Shown here piece after piece: positions 1 through 9,601 of a DNA stretch of 64,000 nt (its first letter is position 1; each line of letters begins with the position of its first letter). The translations under genes and the position numbers were made by a program. The notes under the pieces were generated by a model. It saw only the letters and a program-made list of their open reading frames with translations. It was not told the origin of the DNA and ran no database searches. The DNA comes from Fidelibacterota bacterium (GTDB taxonomy: Bacteria; Fidelibacterota; JAANXI01). Location: contig JAIPJS010000005.1 of NCBI GenBank assembly GCA_021734025.1, positions 2,112 to 66,111 of the forward strand, given 5' to 3'.

Positions 1-664
1 CGTCCATCGCGCCCTGACCTGTTCCCTGGAATGAGGCGGTCATCATACTGAGCATATCGCCGCGGGACCGGTCAAAATGGGAAGCGACCTTAACGACCTG
101 TCGTGCATTTTCCAGAAGTTCCGGCGAAATGCCGTCCTCAAGAATGACGCTGATATTGAGCCGTTTGATACGTGGCAAACCCATACTGGATTGTTCCACG
201 GAATGGCTTACCACTTCGGCATTCATTTCCTGACGCGCCGCTGTATCCTGGGTACCTTCTACCTGCTGCGGTGCACGTTGCCCCTCAAATTCCACATCAC
301 TGGGAATACCGGGAAGTATCATCCCGCCGCCCGCGGAACCTGACTGGTCAGTGCTTTCGTTCGCCGTCCCCGGAAGGGCTCCACTTTGGGTTCCGGCACC
401 AGATCCATCTTTGGGACGGTAGACAGTTTCCGTTCGCTGCGACGGCTGGAACTCGATTTCCGCCTGCACATCCACAACGAATTTTTCGTCCTCAAGGACT
501 TTACTCAGTCCCTCGGATATGCGCTCCCGCAACGTATTTTCCAGCATCACTTTTTGCGCAAGCGAGGAGTTACTCTCCTGCGCCAGCAAACCGTTGGAGA
601 ACAGGCATCCAACAGCGAAACCTGTTAACAGCAGAACCAAGCTCTTGAAACCTGAGCGATTCAT
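1..664 (-). CDS. hypothetical secreted protein, N-terminal part (gene runs off the left edge of the window)
   Basis: ATG at 664..662 on the minus strand is preceded by GGAG. The N-terminus MNRSGFKSLVLLLTGFAVGCLFS looks like a signal peptide. The reading frame stays open to position 1 by my translation. It is absent from the ORF track because it is truncated. It lies 14 nt downstream of the motB-like stop. Confidence 0.45.
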   Translation of the reverse strand, partial: MNRSGFKSLVLLLTGFAVGCLFSNGLLAQESNSSLAQKVMLENTLRERISEGLSKVLEDEKFVVDVQAEIEFQPSQRTETVYRPKDGSGAGTQSGALPGTANESTDQSGSAGGGMILPGIPSDVEFEGQRAPQQVEGTQDTAARQEMNAEVVSHSVEQSSMGLPRIKRLNISVILEDGISPELLENARQVVKVASHFDRSRGDMLSMMTASFQGTGQGAMD

Positions 665-678
665 TGTTGACTCCTTTA

Positions 679-1356
679 TTACAAACTCTCAGTTAAAAAT
701 TGAATTTCAACCCGGCGATTCTTCGCCTTGTTTTCCGGGGTGGTATTCGGTACCAGTGGTTCAGTGTCGCCCTTGCCAATGGCGATTAGACGGTTGGGTT
801 GAACACCCTCATCAATAAAAAAACGTGCCACAGCAGATGACCGGGAGGCGGATAACTCCCAGTTCGACGGAAACTGCGCCGTCCGGATGGGATCGGAATC
901 CGTATGTCCGATAATCGCCACCGGAAATACGCTGTTTTTGATAGTGGGTACCAATTTTCGCAGAAAGGGCTGTAACTGCTCGGTCATATCCGCCTGTCCC
1001 GTCGAAAAGGTTAGTTCACTGGGAATGTTCATCTTGACGCCGAAACGACCGCTTTCAACGTTCACCACATCCTGCAAATTTTCCTCCTGTACGATCTCTT
1101 TCATCGACTCGTACAAATCTGCCAAACTTGTCCGTTGTGATTGTTTTTTCGATGCACCCTGCAGACCACCAACGCCTTCGGCAAATTGTTCGAGTTTTAC
1201 CGGATCGATGGATGACATAGCGAACAGGAGCACAAAGAAGGTCATCAGCAGGGTCATCATATCGCCGTAGGTCAGCAACCACGGCTCAGCATCACCGGAA
1301 TCCTCCTCATCATCGAGGCCCTGGAGGTTATAATTTTTGTATTGTGATTCGTCCAT
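679..1356 (-). CDS. MotB/OmpA-family protein (single N-terminal TM helix plus C-terminal OmpA-like peptidoglycan-binding domain)
   Basis: Translation shows a TM segment LLMTFFVLLFAMSSI and an OmpA-like C-terminus (HTDSDP...NRRVEIQF). It sits directly downstream of a MotA/TolQ-like gene. Confidence 0.75.
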   Translation of the reverse strand: MDESQYKNYNLQGLDDEEDSGDAEPWLLTYGDMMTLLMTFFVLLFAMSSIDPVKLEQFAEGVGGLQGASKKQSQRTSLADLYESMKEIVQEENLQDVVNVESGRFGVKMNIPSELTFSTGQADMTEQLQPFLRKLVPTIKNSVFPVAIIGHTDSDPIRTAQFPSNWELSASRSSAVARFFIDEGVQPNRLIAIGKGDTEPLVPNTTPENKAKNRRVEIQFLTESL

Positions 1357-1366
1357 GGATCATTCG

Positions 1367-2164
1367 TCAGTTATTCTCTTCGCCAGGCTTTTTCCATTCC
1401 CGTGGGGGAATGAATGAATTGAGTTTTTCCCGTACAATCAAAGGATGCTTGCGATGCAAAACCTGCACGGTCCCCTCAATCAACATTTGCTGGAGCGTAT
1501 TTTCCTTCCGGATGCGGCTCTCAAATTTCTCTGCCATAGGATTAAAGAACAGGTTCGCCAGCAGCACCCCGTAAAAGGTCGTAATCAAGGCCGCGCCCAT
1601 TCCCACACCGAGCTGGGCTGCGGCATCTGCCGTTGCTCCTTCGCCCATGGAATAGAGCATGACCACCAGCCCGATGAGCGTACCAATCATCCCAAAGGCC
1701 GGCGAAAATTTACCCATGGTTTTTAGTACATTCGCCTCGCCCCGTTCGCGCTTGGCCCGGTTTTCGATCCGGGTCATCATAATATCCCGGAGTTCCGGCT
1801 CATTGTAGCCATCGACCACCATCTGTATGCCATCCCGCAGGAACGGGTGGGAAACATCGGAGACGGAATTTTCCAGTTCTTTCATACTCTTACGCGAGGT
1901 ATCCGCCAAATCCACAATCTCATCGATGAAGGGAGACATGCTGTCCCGCTCCTTTTTGAAGACCACGCCCATAATCCGGAAGATGCGAAACACCTCCTTC
2001 AGCGGGAAGGAAAGCAATGTGGCAGCGAGGGTGCCGCCGAGCACGATAGCCAGACTGGGGATGCTGAGGAACATATTGACCGCCTGCTCCTGCGCGTAGC
2101 TCCACATGGCCCAGCCGATGAGACCTAAACCCGAAAGTATCCCTAAGAGAGTTGCAAAATCCAT
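1367..2164 (-). CDS. MotA/TolQ/ExbB-family proton channel
   Basis: 265 aa with the MotA-like TM pattern and a conserved C-terminal TM pair (GMIGTLIGLVVML...GAALITTFYGVLLANL). Confidence 0.8.
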   Translation of the reverse strand: MDFATLLGILSGLGLIGWAMWSYAQEQAVNMFLSIPSLAIVLGGTLAATLLSFPLKEVFRIFRIMGVVFKKERDSMSPFIDEIVDLADTSRKSMKELENSVSDVSHPFLRDGIQMVVDGYNEPELRDIMMTRIENRAKRERGEANVLKTMGKFSPAFGMIGTLIGLVVMLYSMGEGATADAAAQLGVGMGAALITTFYGVLLANLFFNPMAEKFESRIRKENTLQQMLIEGTVQVLHRKHPLIVREKLNSFIPPREWKKPGEENN

Positions 2165-2173
2165 AAGACTCTA

Positions 2174-3511
2174 TCAGTTTCTGTTTATAGTTGAAGTCGT
2201 CTGCAGTCGGTTTTCGTTCAGCGCCCGGAGGATATTGCGCACATCGTCGTACTCCGGATCGATCTGTAAAGCTAAATTCCAGTTGATGGTCGCTCTGTCC
2301 ACATCGCCGAGTTTGTAGTAGATGGATCCCCGGCGAGCGTACGCCAGCGCCAAATTATCGTTCAGTTCGATGGCGATATCCACTTCCTGCAAGGCTTCCT
2401 TATAATTACCCGCATAGAAGTAGCGCAGGGATCGGGACAGGTGCTTCAACGCCAGGTTAATATTCTGTTCAGTTACGTGTTTCTGGAGTTTCACCCGCTG
2501 GACTGAATCCTTCAGCACCGACGTTTGCTGCTGCAGCATGGCCACTTCGTTTTGGAGGCGATCGATTTCCGCCAGGGTAATTTTCACGGAATCTTCCAAT
2601 GTCTGGATCCGCCTGTTTTTCACCCGGAGGATGGAATCAATCTTGGCTTCGTAGTGTTCCTGCATCGCCACCAGGTCTTTATCCGTCCCCAAAACCCCGC
2701 GCGGCGCCCTTTTGCCGAAATCCGTATATCTGGGTATCGTCATTTCCATGCCTAGTATGATACCGGGCCGCCTTGATACATTGGTACCGAGCTTCGGCAA
2801 ATTGTCGATCCGCTGCACGCCAAAATTGATGTTATAATTCTCGGTAAACGGTATCTTCACACCAACGTTTAACCCCTGACCGTCATACTCTCCAATGAAA
2901 TCCACGCCACCGTGATGCTGCAGGGTCTCTGTCGTCATCCGAAATCCCGCAAATACCCCCGCCGTACTAATGGAGGTCTCTCCTCCACCGGTGAAACTAC
3001 TGGCCAGCAGACCAGTGCCAAATCCCATGTACGTATTCAGCACAAAATCGTCCATCTGCTTTTCATTTGCGATCACGGCGAACATGGACACGTTATTTTC
3101 CTGAAGCGTCAATTGATCGTTGGCAACATCGTTTTGGAACATCACGTTGTAGAGGCCGGCGCTCACTGATATTTCCTCGTAGGAAAATATCCGTTTCTTC
3201 AAGTGCAAACCGTACAGGACTGGCAGGGTATCATCTGCCCCCTTGATTGCGGAAAAGCCCAAACTCAGTGCATTAGCAAATTCCGTATCAAAATATAATC
3301 CCTTGCCGGACGCAAAATCCGGTGCAAATTTGTAGACCGATCCCACAAAACCCGCCCGGAACATATACGGCGCCCGGTGCTGAGACGATGTGGGAATATT
3401 CATGGTCATATCCGGCTTAGTAAACGGGATAGTCGTCTGCGCCGTTGTTGCACTTGCCGCAAACAACCCCAATATACATCCCAGTGATATGATTCGTTGT
3501 ACGCTCTTCAT
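2174..3511 (-). CDS. secreted protein with central coiled-coil and C-terminal TPR repeats
   Basis: The start is moved to the internal Met (MKSVQRIISLGCILGLFAASATTAQ signal peptide). This removes an 89-nt overlap with the upstream gene. The C-terminus carries a TPR-like YYKLGDVDRATINWNLALQIDPEY. Confidence 0.6.
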   Translation of the reverse strand: MKSVQRIISLGCILGLFAASATTAQTTIPFTKPDMTMNIPTSSQHRAPYMFRAGFVGSVYKFAPDFASGKGLYFDTEFANALSLGFSAIKGADDTLPVLYGLHLKKRIFSYEEISVSAGLYNVMFQNDVANDQLTLQENNVSMFAVIANEKQMDDFVLNTYMGFGTGLLASSFTGGGETSISTAGVFAGFRMTTETLQHHGGVDFIGEYDGQGLNVGVKIPFTENYNINFGVQRIDNLPKLGTNVSRRPGIILGMEMTIPRYTDFGKRAPRGVLGTDKDLVAMQEHYEAKIDSILRVKNRRIQTLEDSVKITLAEIDRLQNEVAMLQQQTSVLKDSVQRVKLQKHVTEQNINLALKHLSRSLRYFYAGNYKEALQEVDIAIELNDNLALAYARRGSIYYKLGDVDRATINWNLALQIDPEYDDVRNILRALNENRLQTTSTINRN

Positions 3512-3527
3512 TATTAGTCGTCTGGCC

Positions 3528-4541
3528 TCAGGAGGTAACATACCGCAACCGCCGTACCTCGCTCCGGGCAATTCTTGCATACTCGCTGTCCGGATAGTTT
3601 TGAACGACCCGCTCAAACGTGCCGAGAGCCTGTTCTAGTTGACCAAGTCGTTTTTGGGATAATCCGGTAATGACCAGCGCATCGATGCGATGTTTTGTTG
3701 CCTTGAATGCGTTAATGTATTGATCCATTTCTTGAATTGCTTGCGAAAAATTTCCCAGTTGATAATAGCATTCACCCATCCAGTATTGGGCTGTGGCTGC
3801 CAGTTCCCTGTCTTCCGATTGGTCCACGACCTGCCGGAACTTCTTCAGTGCTTCCGCAAAGTTACTGCCATAATACTGCCGGACTCCCAGCAGATACTGG
3901 CGCTCCAAATGTGGCTGCGCCGGCGGAGTCTTTGGCGGTTTCGGTTCATCCGGTCGGAGCGAAGCCGGTGTTGAACTCTTTTCCTCCTGCTTAGATACAT
4001 TCGCCTGCTGCGTCCGTTGGAATTCCTGCTCAAGATATTCGATTTTTCTGGTGAGCTGCAGATTTTGATCCCGCAAATCCGCAATCTGCTCCTGATACTT
4101 GACTCGCAATGCGTTCATTCGCTCCTGCAACTCAGCCAACGTTATCAGGCTGTCCGATGATTGGCCTCCGGCCAAAGTTGGTTGCGCTTGTTGGATTGTC
4201 GTATCAGCGGCCTGCGCGGCGGAATCCAGAGCGGCTTCGTCCGCTTGCATTATGGAATCGATGCGGGCTCTGGCACGAGCCTGTTCTTGTTGCGCAATGT
4301 TCCGGGCGCTTTTGTTGGCCATCTGCTCCAGCTGTCTGGCGGCGGAATCTTTTTCTGCCTCAGTCGGTTCGACCTGGATACCAAGATCATACATCCGGAA
4401 TTTGTTTTCCACGGCTGCGGAATCCGGCGACACGGTCGCAGATTCCGTCTCCGGTGCGGCTAATCCCGATTCCTGGGCAAATCCTGTAATCGCCGGGAAT
4501 ATACATCCCAACAACAGGAGGACCGACAGCTTATTGCGCAT
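3528..4541 (-). CDS. YbgF/CpoB-like protein (signal peptide, coiled-coil, C-terminal TPR)
   Basis: Signal peptide MRNKLSVLLLLGCIFPAITGFA, a long Q/E-rich coiled-coil, and a TPR C-terminus (QYWMGECYYQLGNFSQAIQEMDQYINAF...). Confidence 0.6.
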   Translation of the reverse strand: MRNKLSVLLLLGCIFPAITGFAQESGLAAPETESATVSPDSAAVENKFRMYDLGIQVEPTEAEKDSAARQLEQMANKSARNIAQQEQARARARIDSIMQADEAALDSAAQAADTTIQQAQPTLAGGQSSDSLITLAELQERMNALRVKYQEQIADLRDQNLQLTRKIEYLEQEFQRTQQANVSKQEEKSSTPASLRPDEPKPPKTPPAQPHLERQYLLGVRQYYGSNFAEALKKFRQVVDQSEDRELAATAQYWMGECYYQLGNFSQAIQEMDQYINAFKATKHRIDALVITGLSQKRLGQLEQALGTFERVVQNYPDSEYARIARSEVRRLRYVTS

Positions 4542-5403
4542 TATTATAGTTGGGTACCTCCATGTATTCTGTCACCCGGGGTAACAGATCGCTCTTTGGA
4601 TAATCCTTTTTCAACGATTCAAACGCTTCCCTGGCTGCCATCTTGTTATCCAGTTTCAGGTAACAGAGAGCCCGTTTAAATTGCGCATGATCACCTTTAT
4701 TGGTTGCAGGGAAGTTCAACACCCGTTCGAACTCCTCGGCGGCTTTCTTGTAATCCTCCATAGAATAATAGCTTTCGGCGATCCAGTACTGGGCGTTATC
4801 AGCGTAATCATTGTGTTTATCAATAATAAGGAGCGTCTGGAATTCGGCAATAGCCCGGTAGTAATTCGCCCGGAAATATTCGTTCAGCGCCTTGTTATAG
4901 CGCTCCCGGTACTCGTCCTTACTGATGGGATCCAGCATGCCGGAAAGGTCTTCCGACTTCGTATAGAGGGAGTCCGAGTGCTTGATTTCAGCTGCTATGG
5001 CTTTGTTCTCCGCCGACTGAAGATTCCGGGTAATGAGCAATTCGCGATACGTATCCGACAGACTGTCGATTTCCACGCCGCCGTCATCGCCCGTGATGAT
5101 TCCGCTGCTGCTCCGATATCGCTGCCGCAACCGATGCTGCAGCGTTTGATTTTCCTCTTTCAGTCGGACAATTTCGTTCTTCAGATTGGAGACTTCATCG
5201 TGCAGGTTTTCAATTTGAGATTCCATTTCGAGTACATCCATCCTTTTTTGTTCCAGAAGTTCCTGCTTGCTGAGCTGGGAAGTATCCGACACCGCTGATT
5301 CCGAATGGGGTTCATCACCGGACACCTGCCGGGCACTGCTGCATCCGAGCAGTAGTAAAAGCGAGATTCCCACCGAGAAAAATAATAGAAACCGCTTATT
5401 CAT
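4531..5403 (-). CDS. YbgF/CpoB-like lipoprotein (coiled-coil plus TPR)
   Basis: The start is moved to the internal Met MNKRFLLFFSVGISLLLLLGCSSA (lipobox). It has a coiled-coil followed by a TPR C-terminus (AQYWIAESYYSMEDYKKAAEEFERVL). It is a paralog of the previous gene. Confidence 0.6.
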   Translation of the reverse strand: MNKRFLLFFSVGISLLLLLGCSSARQVSGDEPHSESAVSDTSQLSKQELLEQKRMDVLEMESQIENLHDEVSNLKNEIVRLKEENQTLQHRLRQRYRSSSGIITGDDGGVEIDSLSDTYRELLITRNLQSAENKAIAAEIKHSDSLYTKSEDLSGMLDPISKDEYRERYNKALNEYFRANYYRAIAEFQTLLIIDKHNDYADNAQYWIAESYYSMEDYKKAAEEFERVLNFPATNKGDHAQFKRALCYLKLDNKMAAREAFESLKKDYPKSDLLPRVTEYMEVPNYNNAQ

Positions 5404-6364
5404 ATTCTTCCCAATCGATGGAGTAAGAGTATCCAATGTAATTGCCAAACGACTTAGGCACATAGAGCTCAAACGTCCCCGAAGCCTCCGGCGGTAAGGC
5501 GGCATCGCTCTCAACGCCGGACTGATACTCGTATTGGATGCCGTCCACAAAGGCGGTCATCGTTTTGTTGTCGCCGCTCCAATTTCTCCGAAACTGGAAA
5601 TGCACTTTTACAAAATCGGCGCGCCGTTGACCGGTGTTCTTAATGGTGCCAGAGAAAATATGGTTCCCGGAAGCGTCGGTGCGTTCTTTGATGCTGCCAA
5701 CCAAAACGCAATTCGCGCTCTGATCCAGTCCCTGCGGAGCCGGCTCCTGGCTCCCGGTCATGGATTTCAATGGCTTGGTCGTTGAACTTTCACTTTTTTC
5801 GGCGGCAGGTTGAGGGGCCGGCTTTGGGGATTCTCCGCCTTTAGTCGAAGTCGTTTCCTGTTCCTGGAACACGGTTGCCTCGTTATCCACAATACGTTTT
5901 ACGGCCGATCGTTCCAGCGATAGATAGCCAATTAACGTCTCTACCTTAATGACCCGCTCATCCTGGGCAACGATCTTTCCAAAGACGGAAGTCCCGTTGT
6001 TCAGAATTATTTCCTTATCATAGACAGAGAGCGGATTCAGCCAGATAGAGGCTTTCGCCTGCAGTTCATCCAGTTGATTCTTCACGTAATCCACCTCAGC
6101 CCGCTGCTTCTTCAGCTGGAAGTTCAGCTCGTCGACCCGCATTTCCAGATCACTCCGGGAAGCCGCCGAACTAGCTGCCGTTCGCCCGGAAGTATTCTGT
6201 GCAGACGATGCGGTATCCGACGCAGTCTGCCCGGATTGGGAGGTTTGTGTTCTTTCCGCTGCCGGTGTGGACGTCTGTGCATCGGGATGATCCCTGAGCG
6301 TAAACAGACTACAGCTCGTCAGGAATACTGCTCCCAACAGCACGTTCGGAAGCCATCGGATCAT
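5396..6364 (-). CDS. hypothetical lipoprotein with coiled-coil region
   Basis: The start is moved to MIRWLPNVLLGAVFLTSCSLF (lipobox). The protein has an S/T/A-rich linker, a coiled-coil, and a conserved-looking C-terminal domain. Confidence 0.5.
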   Translation of the reverse strand: MIRWLPNVLLGAVFLTSCSLFTLRDHPDAQTSTPAAERTQTSQSGQTASDTASSAQNTSGRTAASSAASRSDLEMRVDELNFQLKKQRAEVDYVKNQLDELQAKASIWLNPLSVYDKEIILNNGTSVFGKIVAQDERVIKVETLIGYLSLERSAVKRIVDNEATVFQEQETTSTKGGESPKPAPQPAAEKSESSTTKPLKSMTGSQEPAPQGLDQSANCVLVGSIKERTDASGNHIFSGTIKNTGQRRADFVKVHFQFRRNWSGDNKTMTAFVDGIQYEYQSGVESDAALPPEASGTFELYVPKSFGNYIGYSYSIDWEEYE

Positions 6365-6844
6365 AGATTTAATCCTTATACATGGTTGAGGCGATTCCAA
6401 AATTTGTGGCGTACGAGGCGTCCGAATCTGCAGAACGCAAATCCGGAAATTTGTTATGCTTGCGAAAATATAGTCTCCCCCCAGGGGCAAGTCAAGCGGG
6501 AATTCAATAATTTTAGCAGGTTACCCGAATGACTTTAAAATTTAGTTTAAGTGATTACAGGAGGATTTACAGGTAAGATTTGCGGTGAACTCGGGGGTTA
6601 GTCAGCAGGATGAAATGAGTTTTTTTGCGGAGTACGCATTGCGTGACAATTTTCGCGCAATCGAAAAACCAGTCATTCTGGCTAAGCGCAGCGAGATGTC
6701 CCGGCAAGGGCTTCAATGGAGGAGAAATCTCGTAAAGAAACTTCTGCAGAAATTGGCGGAGGTCAGGATAATCTACAACAAAACCGTCGGCGCCCCTGGG
6801 AGGGAGCACCGACGGATGAATTAAAGATCACATTTTGGGTAGAT

Positions 6845-7999
6845 TTACCCCGTCTTCTGGATGGGATACCGGAGGATGGCGCCGACGTTGTCCAGGTGGC
6901 CCATGTCACCGGCAATCATCTCAATCGACGCCCCCTGTTTCAGTACATTGAAAATCAGGTTATCGATGAGATCCGGAGTCCGCCGTAATTCCGATCCGTC
7001 CAGCGGACAGGTCTGCTCTTTCACCGAGAGGTGGTTGCATTCCGGGCAGTACCACCCTTTGGTTGAGAAGTTATCCTGAACAATGAGCGTCTCGATTTGT
7101 CCGCGCTGCTGGGCGTTGAGCGTGCCGGGAATACCGCTGATTCCCCGCTGTCCACTGCCGATTTCATCGCTGAGGCGATCCAGGAGCTTTGTCTCGTAGT
7201 CCGACCGGGTCGATTCGGCCGCCTCATTTGCCTTTTTCAGCACCTCTTCCATGGGCGCGTGTGGCTCCACAACCAGGTGGCCCTCAATGCGTTCTTTGAG
7301 ATAGGAGTGCAGCATGCCTTCGAATTCATTTATTATTTCCTGCCGGCCGCCGACGTAAATCCATTTATAGTCGTGCTGCTGATGCAGTTCCAGCGCCTTT
7401 TCCGCTACTTGCTTCAGGTGCCGGTGGACGTGTTCGTTGATATGCCGTTCAATCCGGCGCTCGCTGGTGCCGCCGAAGTCACCCTCTTTCACCTGATCCG
7501 GCATATCTTCTTCCAACACATGCAGGCGTTCAATGACTTTACCCAATTTGACCTCCAGAATGCGTGCCTTTGCGCGGTCCACGAGGATAATAGCATAATT
7601 TCGGTATTCGCTGGCCGCTTCGACAAACGGCCGGAGATACGGATGCGGATTAATGACCATCGAGGTCTCCATGGGCATATCATATTTTTGTGTTTCCCAG
7701 AGATCCTCGGCCGCACAGGAAAAAATGGCAACGCTCCGGCTGCCGCTGCCATCCTGATCATATTCCATGGAAATATAGTCCTGTATCTTTTCGAAATCCC
7801 GCTTTACGGATTCCTGGGCGCTTTCGCTGAGATTGTTAAAATATGTTTTCTCTGTTTTATATCGAAAGAGATCCTTGAGTACAATTTTATGTTGGTTGGT
7901 CTTTTTGGCTTCTTCATCGAAACTGAGGTACAGCGTGGTAATCGGAATATTCGCAGGTTGATAATTGAGGATGCCACTGAGTTGTTTTTCTGTGACCAT
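6845..7999 (-). CDS. hypothetical protein, possibly eRF1/Pelota-like (bacterial eRF1-like family) with C-terminal zinc ribbon
   Basis: 384-aa clean ORF with a C-terminal CPECN...CPLDG zinc ribbon. The central region is reminiscent of eRF1-like proteins. I made this assignment by eye only. Confidence 0.35.
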   Translation of the reverse strand: MVTEKQLSGILNYQPANIPITTLYLSFDEEAKKTNQHKIVLKDLFRYKTEKTYFNNLSESAQESVKRDFEKIQDYISMEYDQDGSGSRSVAIFSCAAEDLWETQKYDMPMETSMVINPHPYLRPFVEAASEYRNYAIILVDRAKARILEVKLGKVIERLHVLEEDMPDQVKEGDFGGTSERRIERHINEHVHRHLKQVAEKALELHQQHDYKWIYVGGRQEIINEFEGMLHSYLKERIEGHLVVEPHAPMEEVLKKANEAAESTRSDYETKLLDRLSDEIGSGQRGISGIPGTLNAQQRGQIETLIVQDNFSTKGWYCPECNHLSVKEQTCPLDGSELRRTPDLIDNLIFNVLKQGASIEMIAGDMGHLDNVGAILRYPIQKTG

Positions 8000-8166
8000 A
8001 GAAACCTGTCCTTTCTCGCTGTTGGATATATGGGATTAGTAAATTGAACTGCGGAACAATGAGGAATAATGAATGATGGCAATGTATCCCCGTCGTTTAA
8101 CTACTTCTGCCCACAATATAACCGGTGGGTGATACCCTGTCAAGCAGACCGGCACTGCCATAAATT

Positions 8167-9444
8167 TTATCCGGAGGAAACGAGTGGCTGGCTCAAATTA
8201 TATTGGTTGATCCATTTGAGTGCGATGGGTGCGTACTGGGAGTCCTGATAGTCGGCCTGGAATTTAAACAGAATTTTTTGGGCTTCCCGGTACTCACGCA
8301 ATCGCAGGTACGAGGAGGCCATCATGATAAGTGCATCGTCGTTCTTATTGGAATTGGGATATAAAAACACCTTTTCAAATTCGCGGATTGCTTCCCGGTA
8401 CCGACCGAGTCCAAATTTACATTCACCGATCCAGTATTGTACGTTATCGGCATAGGAAACCGGCGGATCAGAAATTTGCAGTCGCTGCATCATGACCATT
8501 GTAGCGAGATAATCCTTATCCTGAAACTGGCGGAGTCCGTCGTCATACGTCTCAAGAAATTGCTGCCGATGATTTGTGCCAAATTCGTACGGCTCCACGT
8601 CCGGTAGGTCGATGAGGGATGTTGCGGTTGCGGGTTCCGGCGTTTCCGAGATGCGCTCCGGGACACTGGCCACTTCTTTTGTTTCGGAGGTTGTCGTCTC
8701 TGCTGCAGCACCGAGTTCAGCTTGTTCCATCGGCGCCTGGGTAGTGTCGGTTATCCCGGCCGTATCGGCGACCACTGGCTGAGAGACCTCATCCGTCGCG
8801 ACATCTGTGGCAACCTCGTCACCCGGTCCCCGGAAAGCCACGATACCTATGATTATGACCAATACGATAACCGCAGCCGAAACAATATACGGCACCGTGC
8901 TGGAGCGCTGGCGGACCGGCGGCTCCCAACCGGTGCGCTGCCGTTTTTCCATCCGTTCTTCGAGAGTTTCTTCGGAGGTTTCCTCTTCGTCTTTTTCCGC
9001 ATCCGGTTCTTCCGCGTCGGCGGCCGCTTCATCAGCGGCGTCTTCCGGTTCCTCTTCCCGTTTGCCTGACTCCTCCTCTTCGGTCGCCTGCTCCTCAGTC
9101 TTTTCTTCAGATTCGGGAGTCGCTTCACCTTGTTCAGCCGCTGTCTCTTCGGTTTCTTCCTCGGCAGGATGGGATTTCCCTTCCCGGATCAGGGTATCGG
9201 ACGGCGTCCAGTATGGAATCCAGCGCCCCTCAATTTCAATCTCTTCCCCGGTTTGGGGATCCCGGCCGGTGCGACTTTTCCACCATCGCCGACCAAACTT
9301 CCCGAAGCCATAGATAAGTGTTTCCTGGCCCTCTTTTATGCGGTCGGTAATGAGATCCAGGAATTCATCGAGTATGGCTTCCGCTTCGGTTTCGTTCACA
9401 CCTTCCGCTTCGGCTACCTGCTGAATCAATTCCTGTCTGGTCAT
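8167..9444 (-). CDS. HU/IHF-like DNA-binding domain fused to acidic linker, TM segment and C-terminal TPR domain
   Basis: The N-terminus MTRQELIQQVAEAEGVNETEAEAILDEFLDLITDRIKEGQETLIYGFGKFGRR is an HU/IHF fold signature. It is followed by an E/D-rich low-complexity region, a TM helix (VSAAVIVLVIIIGIVAF), and a TPR C-terminus. Confidence 0.65.
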   Translation of the reverse strand: MTRQELIQQVAEAEGVNETEAEAILDEFLDLITDRIKEGQETLIYGFGKFGRRWWKSRTGRDPQTGEEIEIEGRWIPYWTPSDTLIREGKSHPAEEETEETAAEQGEATPESEEKTEEQATEEEESGKREEEPEDAADEAAADAEEPDAEKDEEETSEETLEERMEKRQRTGWEPPVRQRSSTVPYIVSAAVIVLVIIIGIVAFRGPGDEVATDVATDEVSQPVVADTAGITDTTQAPMEQAELGAAAETTTSETKEVASVPERISETPEPATATSLIDLPDVEPYEFGTNHRQQFLETYDDGLRQFQDKDYLATMVMMQRLQISDPPVSYADNVQYWIGECKFGLGRYREAIREFEKVFLYPNSNKNDDALIMMASSYLRLREYREAQKILFKFQADYQDSQYAPIALKWINQYNLSQPLVSSG

Positions 9445-9601
9445 AATCTTGTCCTTTACGGGTTGGATTTATTGCAAGGTGAAAAGGCTGATACAGCAGG
9501 AATAAAGTCTGCCTTTTTCACCAGGAGTGCAAGTCGAAGTGTTTCCGGAATATCCGGCGTAACTCCTCTGAACAATACTTCAGGTCCTTGCCAGAAGGAT
9601 G

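Noticed and set aside
172-648. Plus-strand ORFs 77-343, 172-648, 386-628 and 519-818 at the left edge
   Set aside because: The minus strand carries a continuous signal-peptide protein frame from 664 to the window edge, in an operon with the motA/motB-like genes. The plus-strand ORFs are Pro/Arg-rich antisense artefacts.
6585-6824. 79-aa plus-strand ORF in the 480-bp gap between the lipoprotein gene and the eRF1-like gene
   Set aside because: No RBS or motif. It overlaps an alternative ORF (6716-6988) that runs into the downstream gene. It is left unannotated.
7097-8047. 316-aa plus-strand ORF antisense to the 6845-7999 gene
   Set aside because: It is fully embedded antisense in a longer ORF with better codon structure and has a Leu/Phe-rich translation typical of antisense frames. 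The same reasoning applies to 16463-16870, 16975-17604, 4099-4584, 4681-5298, 50807-51496, 40295-40840, 55263-55751, 57715-58215 and 8807-9313.
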